From Abditibacteriaceae bacterium (lineage in GTDB: Bacteria > Armatimonadota > Abditibacteriia > Abditibacteriales > Abditibacteriaceae), in assembly GCA_031425655.1 (NCBI GenBank), contig JANPJS010000045.1, forward strand, positions 16,305 through 80,304: 64,000 nucleotides of DNA, read 5' to 3'. The notes beneath the pieces were generated by a model. That model ran no database searches. It had not been told where the DNA came from and worked only from the letters and a program-made list of their open reading frames with translations. The position numbers were made by a program, and so were the translations under genes. Position 1 is the first letter of the stretch. The number at the start of each line of letters is the position of its first letter. This document shows positions 1-10,104 of the stretch, piece by piece.

Positions 1-2337
1 GTTCTGGGCCGTGGTGAGCAGCGTGGCGCTGGCCGCAAGGCCCGAATCGCTAACGTCGCCCACGAAGTTCGCACCGCTGGCAGTGACGGTGCCGACAAAT
101 TTCCCAATATCCGGGCCGCCGTTGGTGGCGCTGTTCCCCGCGACGATGCTGTTGGTCAGCGTCAGCGTGCCGTTGTGGTTGTAAAACGCGCCGCCAAACA
201 AGGAGGCGGAATTGCCGGAGAGCGTGCAGTGCGTCAGCGTCAGCGTGCCGACTGTGTTGGAAATCGCGCCGCCGTAGTTGGCGGCGGAATTGCCGGAGAG
301 CGTGCACTGTGTCAGTGTCAATGTGCCCTCATAGTTGACGATTGCCCCACCGCCGAAACCCCCTAAAGTGCCCGTATGGTTGTCGCTGAGCGTGCAGCCG
401 ATGAGCGTCAGTGTTCCGGCATTGAATATCGCGCCGCCGTCGTAATCGGTATATCCACCAGTGAGGGTCAGTTTCGCCAAGGTGACGGTGGCCCCACTGT
501 TCACCGCAAAAATTTCGTTCGCGTAGTTCCCGCTGAGGGTCACGCCGCCGGGCAGGATGCTGGCATCTATCGTCAGGTTTTTCCCAATGACAACCGCACT
601 GCCGAGCGCGATGGTCGCTCCGCTCAGCGAGGCATCGAAGGTGATGGTCGCGCCGGCGGGTGCATCGCGCACCGCCTCTCGCAACGACACGCCGGTGCCG
701 AGCGTGCCGTTTGCGTCCAGTTCATCGGTGGCGGTCGTCACCACGATGGGGTTAGGATTGCCAACGGTTGGAACAGCTTGCGCCTCGTAGGCGCCGAGGT
801 CGGGCACGGCTCCGGCGACCGCGTTCCCATCGCGGTTACGGTCAAAGCCGCGCTGGTCGGTTATCTCGCTGCTGCCCACGGCGGCATCAAGGGCCGGGCT
901 GCCGGAAAGCAGTGCCATCGTCTGCGTCGGCCCACCGTTGCCCGCCAGCGGGGCGAGTTGAATCGCGCCGTTTTGTGCCGTGGTGAGCAGCGTGGCGCTG
1001 GCCGCAAGGCTCGAACTGGCGGGGTCGCCCACGAAGTTCGCACCGCTGGCGGTGACGGTGCCAGTAAATTTGTAAATGTCCGGTCCGCCCACGCCGGCGG
1101 TGTTTCCGGTGACGATGCTGTTGGTCAGCGTCAGCGTGGCGGTGTTGTTGTAAATCGCGCCGCCGTAGTTGTTGGCGGAATTACCGGAGAGGGTGCAGTG
1201 AGTGAGTGTCAGCGGGCTGGTGTTGGCAATCGCGCCGCCGTAGTTGTTGGCGGAATTGCCGGTGAGGGTGCAATGCCTCAACGTCAGCGAGCCGGAGTTG
1301 GTGTAAATCGCGCCACCAAGGCCGCTCGAATTGCCGAAGAGGGTGCAGCGCGTCAGAGTTACCGTGCCCCCGATGTTAAAAATCGCGCCGCCGTATACGG
1401 GACTGCCTACGCCGCCAATGCCGTTGCCTCCCGTGAGCGTGAGGTTTTGCAACGACACGGTCTGGCCGCTGCTCATGCGGAAGATGCGGCTGTTGCCGCC
1501 GCCGGAAACCGTCACGCCGCCGGGCAGGCTGGTGGCGTCAATGGTCACATCGCCGCCGATGACGATTTCGCCGCTCGTGAGCGTGATGCTCTGGCCGGAG
1601 AGCGTGGGGGCGAAGGCGATGGTGTCCGGCCCGGCGCGGTCCGCCGCATTAGCCAAAGCCCAGCGCAGCGATCCGGGGCCGGAGTTGTTGACATTCGTGA
1701 CGGTGGTGGGGGCGGATTCCGGGCGCAGCGCGAGGCCGTAGAGGTGCCAAGTGTAGGCCACGTTGTTCGGAGTGAGGGTGATGGCCTGCGTGGCCGCCGT
1801 GGCGACGAAACTGTGGTCCACGCGGATGCCGTTGCTGGAGCTGTAGAGGCTTTCATCCACATTGAGGCTGGTGGAGCCGGCGTTGGAAAAGCTGACGATG
1901 CGGGCACCCGCGCCTTCAAAGCCGACGCCGAACACGGAGGCGGTGTAAGCCTGTCCGGCGGTGAGGCCCTTCAAGGTGATGGTGGCCGGGTTCCCGCCAT
2001 AGACGAAACGCCGCGCCATCTCCGCGCTGCCCGTGCCGCCGAGCGCGGTGAGGTTGTTCGCGTGGTCCACGCCATAAAGGAATTGCGTTCCCGCGAGGTC
2101 GAAATTCGCATTCGACGCTGTAGGCCCATCAAGGCCGGTGACGGTGACGCCATTGACGGCGGCGGTGGCGGTGGAGCCGAAATGATAGGCCCACACCGTC
2201 TGCCCAGAGGCGATGTAACTGGAGGCGTCATTCGTCCACGGAGTGGTGGAGAATGTGCCCGCACGAGCCAGCGGCACAGCGCCCAACAGGGCGAGCAGCA
2301 GAAATACGGCGCGGCGCAGACGGCAGACATTCGACAT
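1..2337 (-). CDS. Large secreted/surface beta-helix protein (CSLREA-type motifs, GGAI repeats, choice-of-anchor Q-like segment); runs off the left edge
   Basis: Read manually; absent from the ORF track because there is no stop in the window. ATG at 2337 after GGGGAGA. Translation begins MSNVCRLRRAVFLLLALLGAVPLARAG (signal peptide) and contains NNSGPGSLRWALANA, repeated GGAI(F/Y)N..LTLT.CTLSGNSA, LAPLAGNGGPTQTMALLSGSPALDA..DQRGFDR..DLGAYE and GVSLREAV. The module is repeated at least twice. Confidence 0.88.
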   Translation of the reverse strand, partial: MSNVCRLRRAVFLLLALLGAVPLARAGTFSTTPWTNDASSYIASGQTVWAYHFGSTATAAVNGVTVTGLDGPTASNANFDLAGTQFLYGVDHANNLTALGGTGSAEMARRFVYGGNPATITLKGLTAGQAYTASVFGVGFEGAGARIVSFSNAGSTSLNVDESLYSSSNGIRVDHSFVATAATQAITLTPNNVAYTWHLYGLALRPESAPTTVTNVNNSGPGSLRWALANAADRAGPDTIAFAPTLSGQSITLTSGEIVIGGDVTIDATSLPGGVTVSGGGNSRIFRMSSGQTVSLQNLTLTGGNGIGGVGSPVYGGAIFNIGGTVTLTRCTLFGNSSGLGGAIYTNSGSLTLRHCTLTGNSANNYGGAIANTSPLTLTHCTLSGNSANNYGGAIYNNTATLTLTNSIVTGNTAGVGGPDIYKFTGTVTASGANFVGDPASSSLAASATLLTTAQNGAIQLAPLAGNGGPTQTMALLSGSPALDAAVGSSEITDQRGFDRNRDGNAVAGAVPDLGAYEAQAVPTVGNPNPIVVTTATDELDANGTLGTGVSLREAVRDAPAGATITFDASLSGATIALGSAVVIGKNLTIDASILPGGVTLSGNYANEIFAVNSGATVTLAKLTLTGGYTDYDGGAIFNAGTLTLIGCTLSDNHTGTLGGFGGGAIVNYEGTLTLTQCTLSGNSAANYGGAISNTVGTLTLTHCTLSGNSASLFGGAFYNHNGTLTLTNSIVAGNSATNGGPDIGKFVGTVTASGANFVGDVSDSGLAASATLLTTAQN

Positions 2338-2761
2338 AAATTCTCCCCAAGACCAAACGGCAACTTTGCATCGCAGAGCGTGGTGACTCATGGCGATAAT
2401 ATGGCGATAATAGCGAATTCGCCATCTGCGAAGATTATAACCAAGCTGTTGCACTATTAATCTGCATCCCAGGGCAATCGTATTAGAAACGGCAGGCATC
2501 GTCGTCACGCCAGATGCGAAGGTTAGCGTGTTCAAAGGCACGGCCTGCCTGGGCGCCCTCTGGGCAGAGGAATGAGTTCAACTCGGCGCAACTTGCCGTT
2601 CAGGTCGTTCGTGCCACGTCGCCGCCAGCCAAAAAATGATTCGCCGCCGGGCCTCACGCTCTGCACTTAAGCGATGTTGGCCGGATTCCACGGCGCGGCG
2701 TTCAGGGCAGCGCGGCGCGCAGTTGTCGCGCGATTTCGCTCATCTTGGGGAAATATCAAAG

Positions 2762-2888
2762 TTTCAATGGAACACGGAGCTTCGCTACACGGCGGCTTCG
2801 CCGACACGGATTTTCACTGATCAATCCAAAAAATCCGTGTAAATCTGTGTCGTTTCCGTGTCGGTGAAGCCGCCGTGTTCCATTGAAA
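2762..2888. repeat. Palindromic intergenic element, TTTCAATGGAACACGG family, copy 1
   Basis: 16-bp terminal inverted repeat tttcaatggaacacgg/ccgtgttccattgaaa; right arm nearly identical to the copy at 22846-22972. Confidence 0.85.
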
Positions 2889-2903
2889 GCTATTCGCTCA
2901 AAA

Positions 2904-3842
2904 TCACTCGTGCGTGGCGCGCGAAAAGTCTTCTCCGGCGTGATACGAAGAGCGCACGAACGGGCCGGATGCCACCATCGCAAAGCCGATTTCTTCGCCG
3001 ATGCGCCGCAGTTCGTCGAATTCGTCGGGATGATAATATTTGAGAACGGGCAAATGGCGCGGACTGGGCCGCAAATACTGGCCGATAGTGATGAAATCCA
3101 CGTTATGCGCTTTCAAATCGTGCAAAACCGCGACGATTTCGTCCATTTCTTCGCCCAAACCGACCATCAAGCCGCTTTTGGTTTTGATTCTGGGATGCTG
3201 TTCTTTAACGAAGCGTAAAAGTTCGAGCGAACGCTCGTATTTCGAGCCGGGGCGCACCGGCTTATACAGTCGCGGCACGGTTTCGATGTTGTGGTTGTAA
3301 ACGTCCGGCTTCGTGGCCGCAACAAGTGCGACTTGTGCTAAATCGCCTTTGAAATCGGGCGTGAGAATCTCGACTTTGGCGTCCGGCAAAGCGCGCCGCA
3401 CTGCGGCGACGGTTTCTACCCAATGATGCGCGCCGCCATCGGCTAAGTCGTCGCGGTCAACGGACGTGATGACCACGTATTTGAGGCCCAAACGCTGCGC
3501 GGCTTGGGCGACTCGTTCCGGCTCAGTCGCGTCGAGCGCCAGTGGGCGATTCGTCTGGATGTTGCAAAAGCCGCAATTGCGCGTGCAGCGGTCGCCGCCG
3601 ATCATAAACGTCGCGGTTTTGTGGCTCCAACATTCGCCGATGTTGGGGCAGCGCGCTTCCTCGCAGACGGTCACGATTTTCAGTTCGTCCAACAGCGCGC
3701 CGGTTTGCACGGTCTGGCGCGCTTTGCCGGTTTTGACTTTGAGCCAGTCGGGCACGCGCGTCGCGTTGGGCTGCGCCGCCCGCGCTGCGCGATGCGTCCC
3801 GGCGGGTTTGGTGAGTGAATCGAGAGGAATGAGTTGAGGCAT
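2904..3842 (-). CDS. lipA: Lipoyl synthase
   Basis: CEEARCPNIGEC, CTRNCGFC radical SAM motif, C-terminal VRSSYHA. Confidence 0.97.
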   Translation of the reverse strand: MPQLIPLDSLTKPAGTHRAARAAQPNATRVPDWLKVKTGKARQTVQTGALLDELKIVTVCEEARCPNIGECWSHKTATFMIGGDRCTRNCGFCNIQTNRPLALDATEPERVAQAAQRLGLKYVVITSVDRDDLADGGAHHWVETVAAVRRALPDAKVEILTPDFKGDLAQVALVAATKPDVYNHNIETVPRLYKPVRPGSKYERSLELLRFVKEQHPRIKTKSGLMVGLGEEMDEIVAVLHDLKAHNVDFITIGQYLRPSPRHLPVLKYYHPDEFDELRRIGEEIGFAMVASGPFVRSSYHAGEDFSRATHE

Positions 3843-3915
3843 GAGCTTCCGGTCAGGAGAGAATTCGACAATTTGATTTTACAACTCCTACTTGGAATCT
3901 GTGCCGCTAATCTAC

Positions 3916-4452
3916 TTATTTCAATTGCACATGAGTCTGTGCGATGATAGCCGCGAATTTGTATAGGGCATCCGGTCGTTTTTCTGCGGGAATATCTGAA
4001 AATTCGGGATGAGGTTCTGACGGCAATTCGCTTAAACCTTGGCGGAATTCTACGTTTTTGCGGCTTAACTCTTCTTCCACAGGGTCGTTGCAGGCAAGGA
4101 TATAACGAACGGGCAACAAAACAATACCATGCTTATTTTTCCAGAAGCGAGGCTCCAGCGTAATGTTGGTGATCATTCCTGCCGCGTATTCCGCCCAGCT
4201 CCAAAGGTATTCAACCCCTTCGCCAATCCAATCTTGTTGCATAAACAACTCGAAGAATCGGATGAACTTATCGCCTTTGACTAAAAAATCGTCATTTTCT
4301 CGACAGTCAATTAAACCGCACGATGTTTCGAGTTTTTCTTCAATCAGCTTTGCTATTTCATAAAACAGAATGGCCCGTGACGGGGAGCAACTCATAACGG
4401 GGTAATTGTGAACAGGCTCTGGTTCAGGCCATAAAGAGTAGATCATTCCCAT
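3916..4452 (-). CDS. Hypothetical protein (lower GC, probably accessory)
   Basis: 178-aa ORF, co-oriented with neighbours, AT-richer than flanks; no recognised motif. Confidence 0.6.
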   Translation of the reverse strand: MGMIYSLWPEPEPVHNYPVMSCSPSRAILFYEIAKLIEEKLETSCGLIDCRENDDFLVKGDKFIRFFELFMQQDWIGEGVEYLWSWAEYAAGMITNITLEPRFWKNKHGIVLLPVRYILACNDPVEEELSRKNVEFRQGLSELPSEPHPEFSDIPAEKRPDALYKFAAIIAQTHVQLK

Positions 4453-4469
4453 AAGAATTCTGACTTGTC

Positions 4470-5195
4470 CTAATTAGTGCGCCGCACTTCGAGGGTGAAA
4501 TCGGTGATATCGAGTTGGGCGCGCTGCTGTTCTGTGATGCTGCTGCCAAAAGGCGTAAAGGTGTCGCCGGTCGGTTCTCGCACCGTATCCGTATTGCGGA
4601 TGGTGCGCGTGCCGGAAACATCGAAGGGAAACCATTGGCTGATGCCCGGCCCGAAGGCATCGAAGGGCTTGTTTTGCAGATTATTCGGGTCGCGGATGAT
4701 TTCCGAAGTGGTAACGAAATTCACGTCCAACTGCTGAAGCTGCACGAGCGGCACGAATAAACGCTGCGTTTGGTCGGCGTCTATTTTGGCATCGAGGTCA
4801 AGCGTGAATTGAATGGTATTGCCTGAACCAACCGGCACGCCGATGAAAGCGTTTGAGGCGCGTTCGAGTTGCTCTTGTCCGTTGCCCAAATCGGTGCGTT
4901 TGAAAGCGATGAACTGCCCGCCGCGATACTGCACCAAAACCGTGAATGCGCCGCCGACCACGCCATTTGTGGATTGCGTGGTGCCAATAATGGCATCCGG
5001 CCCGTCGGCGGGATTGCCGTTGTCATCGAAGGCGAAGTCGTAAAAGAACAGCGGGTTGATGGCCTGCTGCAAAGTCAGATTGACCGTCAGGCGATTGGCG
5101 GCGATGGGCGTGACGCCACCCGCCGGGCCTTTAGCGCAACCCGCGAAACAAGCGCCCAATAATCCTAAAATCGGAAAAACAAGTATTTTTTTCAT
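4470..5195 (-). CDS. Putative lipoprotein
   Basis: MKKILVFPILGLLGACFAGC signal peptide with lipobox; beta-rich mature region. Confidence 0.8.
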   Translation of the reverse strand: MKKILVFPILGLLGACFAGCAKGPAGGVTPIAANRLTVNLTLQQAINPLFFYDFAFDDNGNPADGPDAIIGTTQSTNGVVGGAFTVLVQYRGGQFIAFKRTDLGNGQEQLERASNAFIGVPVGSGNTIQFTLDLDAKIDADQTQRLFVPLVQLQQLDVNFVTTSEIIRDPNNLQNKPFDAFGPGISQWFPFDVSGTRTIRNTDTVREPTGDTFTPFGSSITEQQRAQLDITDFTLEVRRTN

Positions 5196-5205
5196 GGCTA
5201 ATGAC

Positions 5206-5979
5206 TCACAAATAAACTAAAACCGCCCACGCAACGTGAACTATGGCGTGAATGTAAAAGGCGGGCGCGAACGATTTTTCTTTCCAGCACAGCGCGCCTA
5301 AAATCGCGCCGCCGGCGAACGCGCTCAGCGTTTCGGCCAACGGCTTGCCGATGTGCGCTATTCCGAACAGAGCGGCCTGTAAAGCAATCGCAACAACGGG
5401 GCCGAAGCCCTGCGCCATGCCGAACAGCAAAAAGCCGCGAAAGAAAAACTCCCAGCAGAACATATAAACGACGAGCGTGGCCAGCAAAATCGCCATGTCG
5501 CCGGGGCCGGAAAGCTGTGGGAAGTAGCCGGTTTTGTAATCGGAAGCGGCTTGGATTCCTGCCGGCGTCAGGCGGAAAATTACCATGACGATCAGCATTG
5601 CGCCTGCAAAACGCAGCGCCCATTTGCGATGCCGCCGCCAATCGCCAAACGACCAGCCGTAATTCCACGCGTTGGAACGCTGTTCTTTCAGCCAATCGAG
5701 ATGCACGATGCCCTGTCCGAAAAACAGCCAGATGATGCCGAGAGGCAGCACTAAATTCGCGGCGACGCTGATCTTAATCCAGCGCAGCCATTCATAAGTT
5801 GTCGAAATTTCCGCGTTATATTGCGCCCACGCCAGATAGCCGCCGCACAGCAGCGTTGCAACGGCGCGCAGGAAAAATCCGGCGCTCGTTTCGTCGTCTT
5901 CCCACGTCGGGCCGTCGCTCGGCTGATCGGGCGCGATTGGTTCTTCAGTCATTGGGGCGACGGATTCAGGAGCAGTCAT
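5206..5979 (-). CDS. CPBP (Abi/CAAX) family intramembrane metalloprotease
   Basis: WEFFFRG, LFGIAH and IHAIVH motifs; multiple TM helices; start taken at MTAPES. Confidence 0.85.
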   Translation of the reverse strand: MTAPESVAPMTEEPIAPDQPSDGPTWEDDETSAGFFLRAVATLLCGGYLAWAQYNAEISTTYEWLRWIKISVAANLVLPLGIIWLFFGQGIVHLDWLKEQRSNAWNYGWSFGDWRRHRKWALRFAGAMLIVMVIFRLTPAGIQAASDYKTGYFPQLSGPGDMAILLATLVVYMFCWEFFFRGFLLFGMAQGFGPVVAIALQAALFGIAHIGKPLAETLSAFAGGAILGALCWKEKSFAPAFYIHAIVHVAWAVLVYL

Positions 5980-6203
5980 GACGAAATAAAGCAGGTTCAG
6001 GGCGAAAAATGGCACGCTTCGCGCGCCGCGTTGGAGTGCGTTTCCACAGAGGCGCAGTGTTTGACAACACGAGTGCAGAGAAGTAAGATTTTGCGCGGAC
6101 AACGCGAATATTTTGCGTCCAAAAAACCACGATTCCACTTCTTTCGCATCGCCGCACAAAATACTAAAAACGCCCTTTTCCTTGCGGAAAATGCGACCAA
6201 ATT

Positions 6204-7394
6204 ATGCTTTCAGAACGCATCAATCGTATCCAGCCGTCGCCGACTCTGGCGATTTCGGCCAAAGCCAAAGCTATGCGCGCCGCCGGTGAAGACGTGATCT
6301 CCTTCGACGTAGGCGAACCCGATTTCGACACGCCGCAGCACATCAAAGACGCTTGCATCGAAGCGCTGCGCAATGGCGACACGCGTTACACGGCAGCGGC
6401 GGGCACTCCGAAACTGCTCGAAGCCATTAGCCGCAAAATGCAGCGCGAAAGCCATTTGCGCTACGAGCCGGGCCAGATTGTCGTCTCGTGCGGCGGCAAG
6501 CACAGCCTTTACAACATTTTTCAAAGCATACTCAATCCCGGCGATGAGGTCATCATTCCCGCGCCGTATTGGGTGAGCTATCCCGATCAGGTTTTGCTTG
6601 CCGACGGCGTGCCCGTTATTCTGCACGCCGGGCAGGAGCAGGGCTTTAAAATCACCGCGCAGCAGCTTGACGACTGCCTCAAACAGCATCCGCGCGTCAA
6701 AGCCTTCATCATCAACTCGCCCAGCAACCCGACCGGCGCCGTTTATTCGCCCGAAGCCTTACGCGAATTGTGCGCTGTTCTGGAAAATTATCCCGACGTT
6801 TTGGTGATTTCCGATGAGGTTTACGAGCACATGGTTTACGCGCCGCATGAAATGTGGAGCGTGGCGCGCTACAACGAAGATTTCCAAAAGCGCACCGTAA
6901 TCGTGCAATCCTGCTCGAAATCGTATGCCATGACCGGCTGGCGCATCGGCTGGACGTGTTCATCGCCGGAATTGGCAAAAGCGATGGGCAAATTGCAAAG
7001 CCAGTCCACTTCTAACCCGACCAGTTTTGCGATGGCCGGCGCCGTTGCTGCGGTTGATAACCCCGTTGATTCCGCGATGATGGCCGAATTTGAAAAGCGC
7101 GGCAAAGTCATCCGCGAATTGCTCAAAGACGTGCCCGGTTTCAAGTGCGCCAAGCCCGAAGGCGCTTTCTACGCATTCCCGAAGGTGGACGGCATTTTCG
7201 GCGTGATGGTGGAAAAGGACACGCAAATCAACAGCGCGCAAATCCTCGCCGATTATTTGCTGCGCGTTGCCAAAGTGGCGGTCGTGCCGGGCGAAGGCTT
7301 CGGAGCGCCGCAGCATATTCGCTTCAGCTACGCCAATTCGATGGAAAATATCAAGGAAGGCATCAACCGCATTTTGCGCGTTCTGCCGGAGTAG
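6204..7394 (+). CDS. aspC: PLP-dependent aminotransferase class I/II (aspartate aminotransferase type)
   Basis: GEPDFDTP, NSPSNPTG, SDEVY, SKSYAMTGWRIG (PLP Lys); lies directly upstream of citrate synthase. Confidence 0.9.
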   Translation: MLSERINRIQPSPTLAISAKAKAMRAAGEDVISFDVGEPDFDTPQHIKDACIEALRNGDTRYTAAAGTPKLLEAISRKMQRESHLRYEPGQIVVSCGGKHSLYNIFQSILNPGDEVIIPAPYWVSYPDQVLLADGVPVILHAGQEQGFKITAQQLDDCLKQHPRVKAFIINSPSNPTGAVYSPEALRELCAVLENYPDVLVISDEVYEHMVYAPHEMWSVARYNEDFQKRTVIVQSCSKSYAMTGWRIGWTCSSPELAKAMGKLQSQSTSNPTSFAMAGAVAAVDNPVDSAMMAEFEKRGKVIRELLKDVPGFKCAKPEGAFYAFPKVDGIFGVMVEKDTQINSAQILADYLLRVAKVAVVPGEGFGAPQHIRFSYANSMENIKEGINRILRVLPE

Positions 7395-7476
7395 GTTTTA
7401 GGTGTTGGGGGCTGGGTTCTGGAAGCATTCCAACCCCGCCCCAGAACCCAGAACCCAGAACCTAAAACCTAAAACC
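7395..7476. repeat. Heptamer-repeat hairpin (CCAGAAC/CTAAAAC units)
   Basis: ccagaacccagaacccagaacctaaaacctaaaacc with a degenerate complementary left arm. Confidence 0.75.
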
Positions 7477-7485
7477 GAGGAAACA

Positions 7486-8634
7486 ATGGCCGATAAAATA
7501 GACAAAAAACCGTCGGGGCTGGAAGATGTCGTCGTTTGCGAGCAGGACATTTGCTATATTGACGGCAAACGCGGCCAACTCGTCTATCACGGCTACGATA
7601 TTGACGACTTGTGCGATCACTCCACCTTCGAGGAAGTCGCGTATTTGCTGTGGAACGGCAAACTGCCCAACCAAGCCGAGCTAACGGCGTTTCACGATTC
7701 GCTTTTCGACGCCATGACGGTGCCGGACGCGGTTTTCGACGTGATGCGCCTTCTGCCCAAAAACACCGACGCCATGCGCGTTCTGGCAACGGCGGTTTCG
7801 GTTTTGGGCACTTTCGACCCGCAGGCCGACGATATGTCGCCCGAAGCCAATCGCGCCAAATCGCTGCGCTTGACGGCGCAAATGCCGATGCTCACGACGG
7901 CTTGGTATCACATCAGTCAAGGCCGAGAGCCGCAGCCTGTCACTAATCCGGCGCGCGGAATCGCTTATAACTTCCTCAGAACCCTGACCGGCGAAGAGCC
8001 GGACAATTACACGGTTCGCACTTTCGACGTGGCTTTAATCCTTCACGCCGACCACGAACTTAACGCCAGCACCTTTTCGGGCCGCGTCACAGCGGGCACG
8101 CTCAGTGACTTGCATTCGGCGGTCGTGGCGGCAATTAACACGCTGAAAGGGCCGCTTCACGGCGGCGCCAACGAAGCCGTGATGAAAATGCTGCGCGACA
8201 TCGGCGAAGTGGACAAAGCTGAAGCCTATGTGCAAAACATGGTTGCCAACAAGCAAAAAGTAATGGGCTTCGGGCACCGCGTTTACAAAGCTAAAGACCC
8301 GCGCGCCGTGATTTTGGAAGAAATGAGCGAAGAATTGTCCAAGCGCACCGGCGACACCAAATGGTTCGACATGAGCCGCAAAGTTGAAGCGACTTTTCAG
8401 CCTTACGTCGCGGCCAAAGGCATTTATCCAAACGTGGATTTTTACTCGGCTTCGACTTATCACATGATGGGCATTCCCGACGACATTTTTACGCCGATTT
8501 TCGCCTGCTCGCGCGTGATTGGCTGGACGGCGCACATCATGCAGCAGTATCAAAACAACCGCATTTTTCGCCCCAGTTCCGATTACGATGGCCCGCAAAA
8601 CCTCAAATGGTCGCCGATTGAACAGCGCAGTTGA
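7486..8634 (+). CDS. gltA: Citrate synthase (short type; could be 2-methylcitrate synthase)
   Basis: GLEDVV, HADHELNAST, GPLHGGANE, GFGHRVYK, YPNVDFYS; RBS GAGGA before ATG 7486. Confidence 0.93.
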   Translation: MADKIDKKPSGLEDVVVCEQDICYIDGKRGQLVYHGYDIDDLCDHSTFEEVAYLLWNGKLPNQAELTAFHDSLFDAMTVPDAVFDVMRLLPKNTDAMRVLATAVSVLGTFDPQADDMSPEANRAKSLRLTAQMPMLTTAWYHISQGREPQPVTNPARGIAYNFLRTLTGEEPDNYTVRTFDVALILHADHELNASTFSGRVTAGTLSDLHSAVVAAINTLKGPLHGGANEAVMKMLRDIGEVDKAEAYVQNMVANKQKVMGFGHRVYKAKDPRAVILEEMSEELSKRTGDTKWFDMSRKVEATFQPYVAAKGIYPNVDFYSASTYHMMGIPDDIFTPIFACSRVIGWTAHIMQQYQNNRIFRPSSDYDGPQNLKWSPIEQRS

Positions 8635-8654
8635 GTGAGGAGATGGGGAGCAAG

Positions 8655-8693
8655 AAACGCGGCGCCTAATTTTTAGGTGCCGCGTTTTGTTTT
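8655..8693 (+). terminator. Intrinsic terminator after gltA
   Basis: aaacgcggcgccta..taggtgccgcgttt stem followed by a T-rich tract. Confidence 0.8.
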
Positions 8694-8780
8694 CAATCTC
8701 TCCCAGGCACTTTTCGCATTCTCAATGCTTGTTATTGGCATCTACCAGTCAAAATTGATTGCGAGGAAGCGATGCGAGTT

Positions 8781-9917
8781 TTAGGTCGGAATGTTTAATG
8801 CGCGCAATTCGCGCCTAATTTTCTCTCCGGCGCTCTCAATGCCATTCGATATGTCTATGTATTCGACTCCACTTATATCTGACGGTATTTCAAGTGGCCC
8901 TTTATGAAGCAAAAGTATTCTGCCGCTTTCCCGCTTCAGCACACCGAGAAAGAATCCCATCTCAAAAATGACATTCTGACGTGCCCGGCGCTTTTCGTCG
9001 TTAGAGTCGTTGGGAGAGGTTGCATTATCGTCTGGCGTTAGCAAAACGAATACTACCTCTATGCCTTGAGCATGGTGTTCAAACTTCTCAATTATTGTTC
9101 GGCCAAGACCTGCCTGCTCGCGTAAAATCGTAGGTTCGCCGAGCTTTAAAGTGTTTTGAATGTAATTTTTTAAGTTGAGTAAAGCTACTTCATCGTGGCC
9201 GTGGACAATGAATACGTTGACTTCTCGATCTGAGGGTTGATTAGTTTGATTTACACTCGTCATGTCCGCTCCCAGCCTTCTTAACAGATTTTGGATTTGA
9301 ATGGCTCTCGCTTCGTGTTCTGGATTATACACCTGTGGCAGGGCGGTAAGCTCCAACTCCCTTTTTGCTTTAATGATAGCCTGCTTTCTTCGATTGAGAT
9401 CGTCCGCCATCGCGACGGCTAAATCTTTGTTGAAATCAACAAGTTTTTTAGTGAGTTCGTCTGCAAATTGTTCGATCAAGCCGGTTCGATAGTCCAGTTT
9501 CCGTTTTAAGGCGCCTTCTTCGTCATCTGGAGAGGCGCTAACTCTTATTTCGATACGATGACGTTCTTTATCTAAGAATGCCAAGGGAACGTTATGGATA
9601 TTTTGATCGCTTATTTCATCCAGCCATTCAGCATCGCGTTCAATCGGAATAAAGAAAGGGTGGTAGGTAATTCCGGTTTTACGAAAGAAGGTATGGTCTA
9701 CCGCCTCTAGGATTTCTTCATCCGCTTCCATCAAATCGAACCGAAGGATGGGCGGCGATACAGCATAATATCTGGTAAAGACAACCAATGTTCCGGTATC
9801 GCAGCGTAAAATATCCTCTTTAGAGAGTTCGTTGATGAACCTTAAGGCTTTTTCCCGACGCTCAATTAATTTTCTTTCCAGATAGCTGTAAGTGAAGGTA
9901 ACTTCTTCATTGTTCAT
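8781..9917 (-). CDS. TIR-like (Cap12/Pycsar-effector type) domain protein with an uncharacterised N-terminal domain
   Basis: C-terminal VFIVHGHDE..TIIEKFE..VLLTPDD..RARQNVIFEMGFF..EIPSDISG; lower GC than flanks. Confidence 0.85.
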   Translation of the reverse strand: MNNEEVTFTYSYLERKLIERREKALRFINELSKEDILRCDTGTLVVFTRYYAVSPPILRFDLMEADEEILEAVDHTFFRKTGITYHPFFIPIERDAEWLDEISDQNIHNVPLAFLDKERHRIEIRVSASPDDEEGALKRKLDYRTGLIEQFADELTKKLVDFNKDLAVAMADDLNRRKQAIIKAKRELELTALPQVYNPEHEARAIQIQNLLRRLGADMTSVNQTNQPSDREVNVFIVHGHDEVALLNLKNYIQNTLKLGEPTILREQAGLGRTIIEKFEHHAQGIEVVFVLLTPDDNATSPNDSNDEKRRARQNVIFEMGFFLGVLKRESGRILLLHKGPLEIPSDISGVEYIDISNGIESAGEKIRRELRALNIPT

Positions 9918-10104
9918 GGTTGAATTAGTGCTGTAACCGGCATTCGGCGTGCCCCTTGCTAAACAAGGTTTCTCTTATCTGATTTCTCAAATTGAGAGTA
10001 TCACAACTCAAAACCTAACTTTCAAACGCTCGGCGCGTAGGTTGGCTTCAAGCAGCGAATTTGTAAAATAGAAGGGCACGTCGCGCGGCGTGCCCTTCTA
10101 TTTT

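Noticed and set aside
376..2460. 694-aa plus-strand ORF
   Set aside because: Antisense shadow of the minus-strand surface protein, which has the signal peptide, RBS and motifs.
2470..2760. Complete MITE or ncRNA upstream of the surface protein gene
   Set aside because: Only one ISAs1-like end was found, with no partner end or duplication and no recognisable RNA motif.
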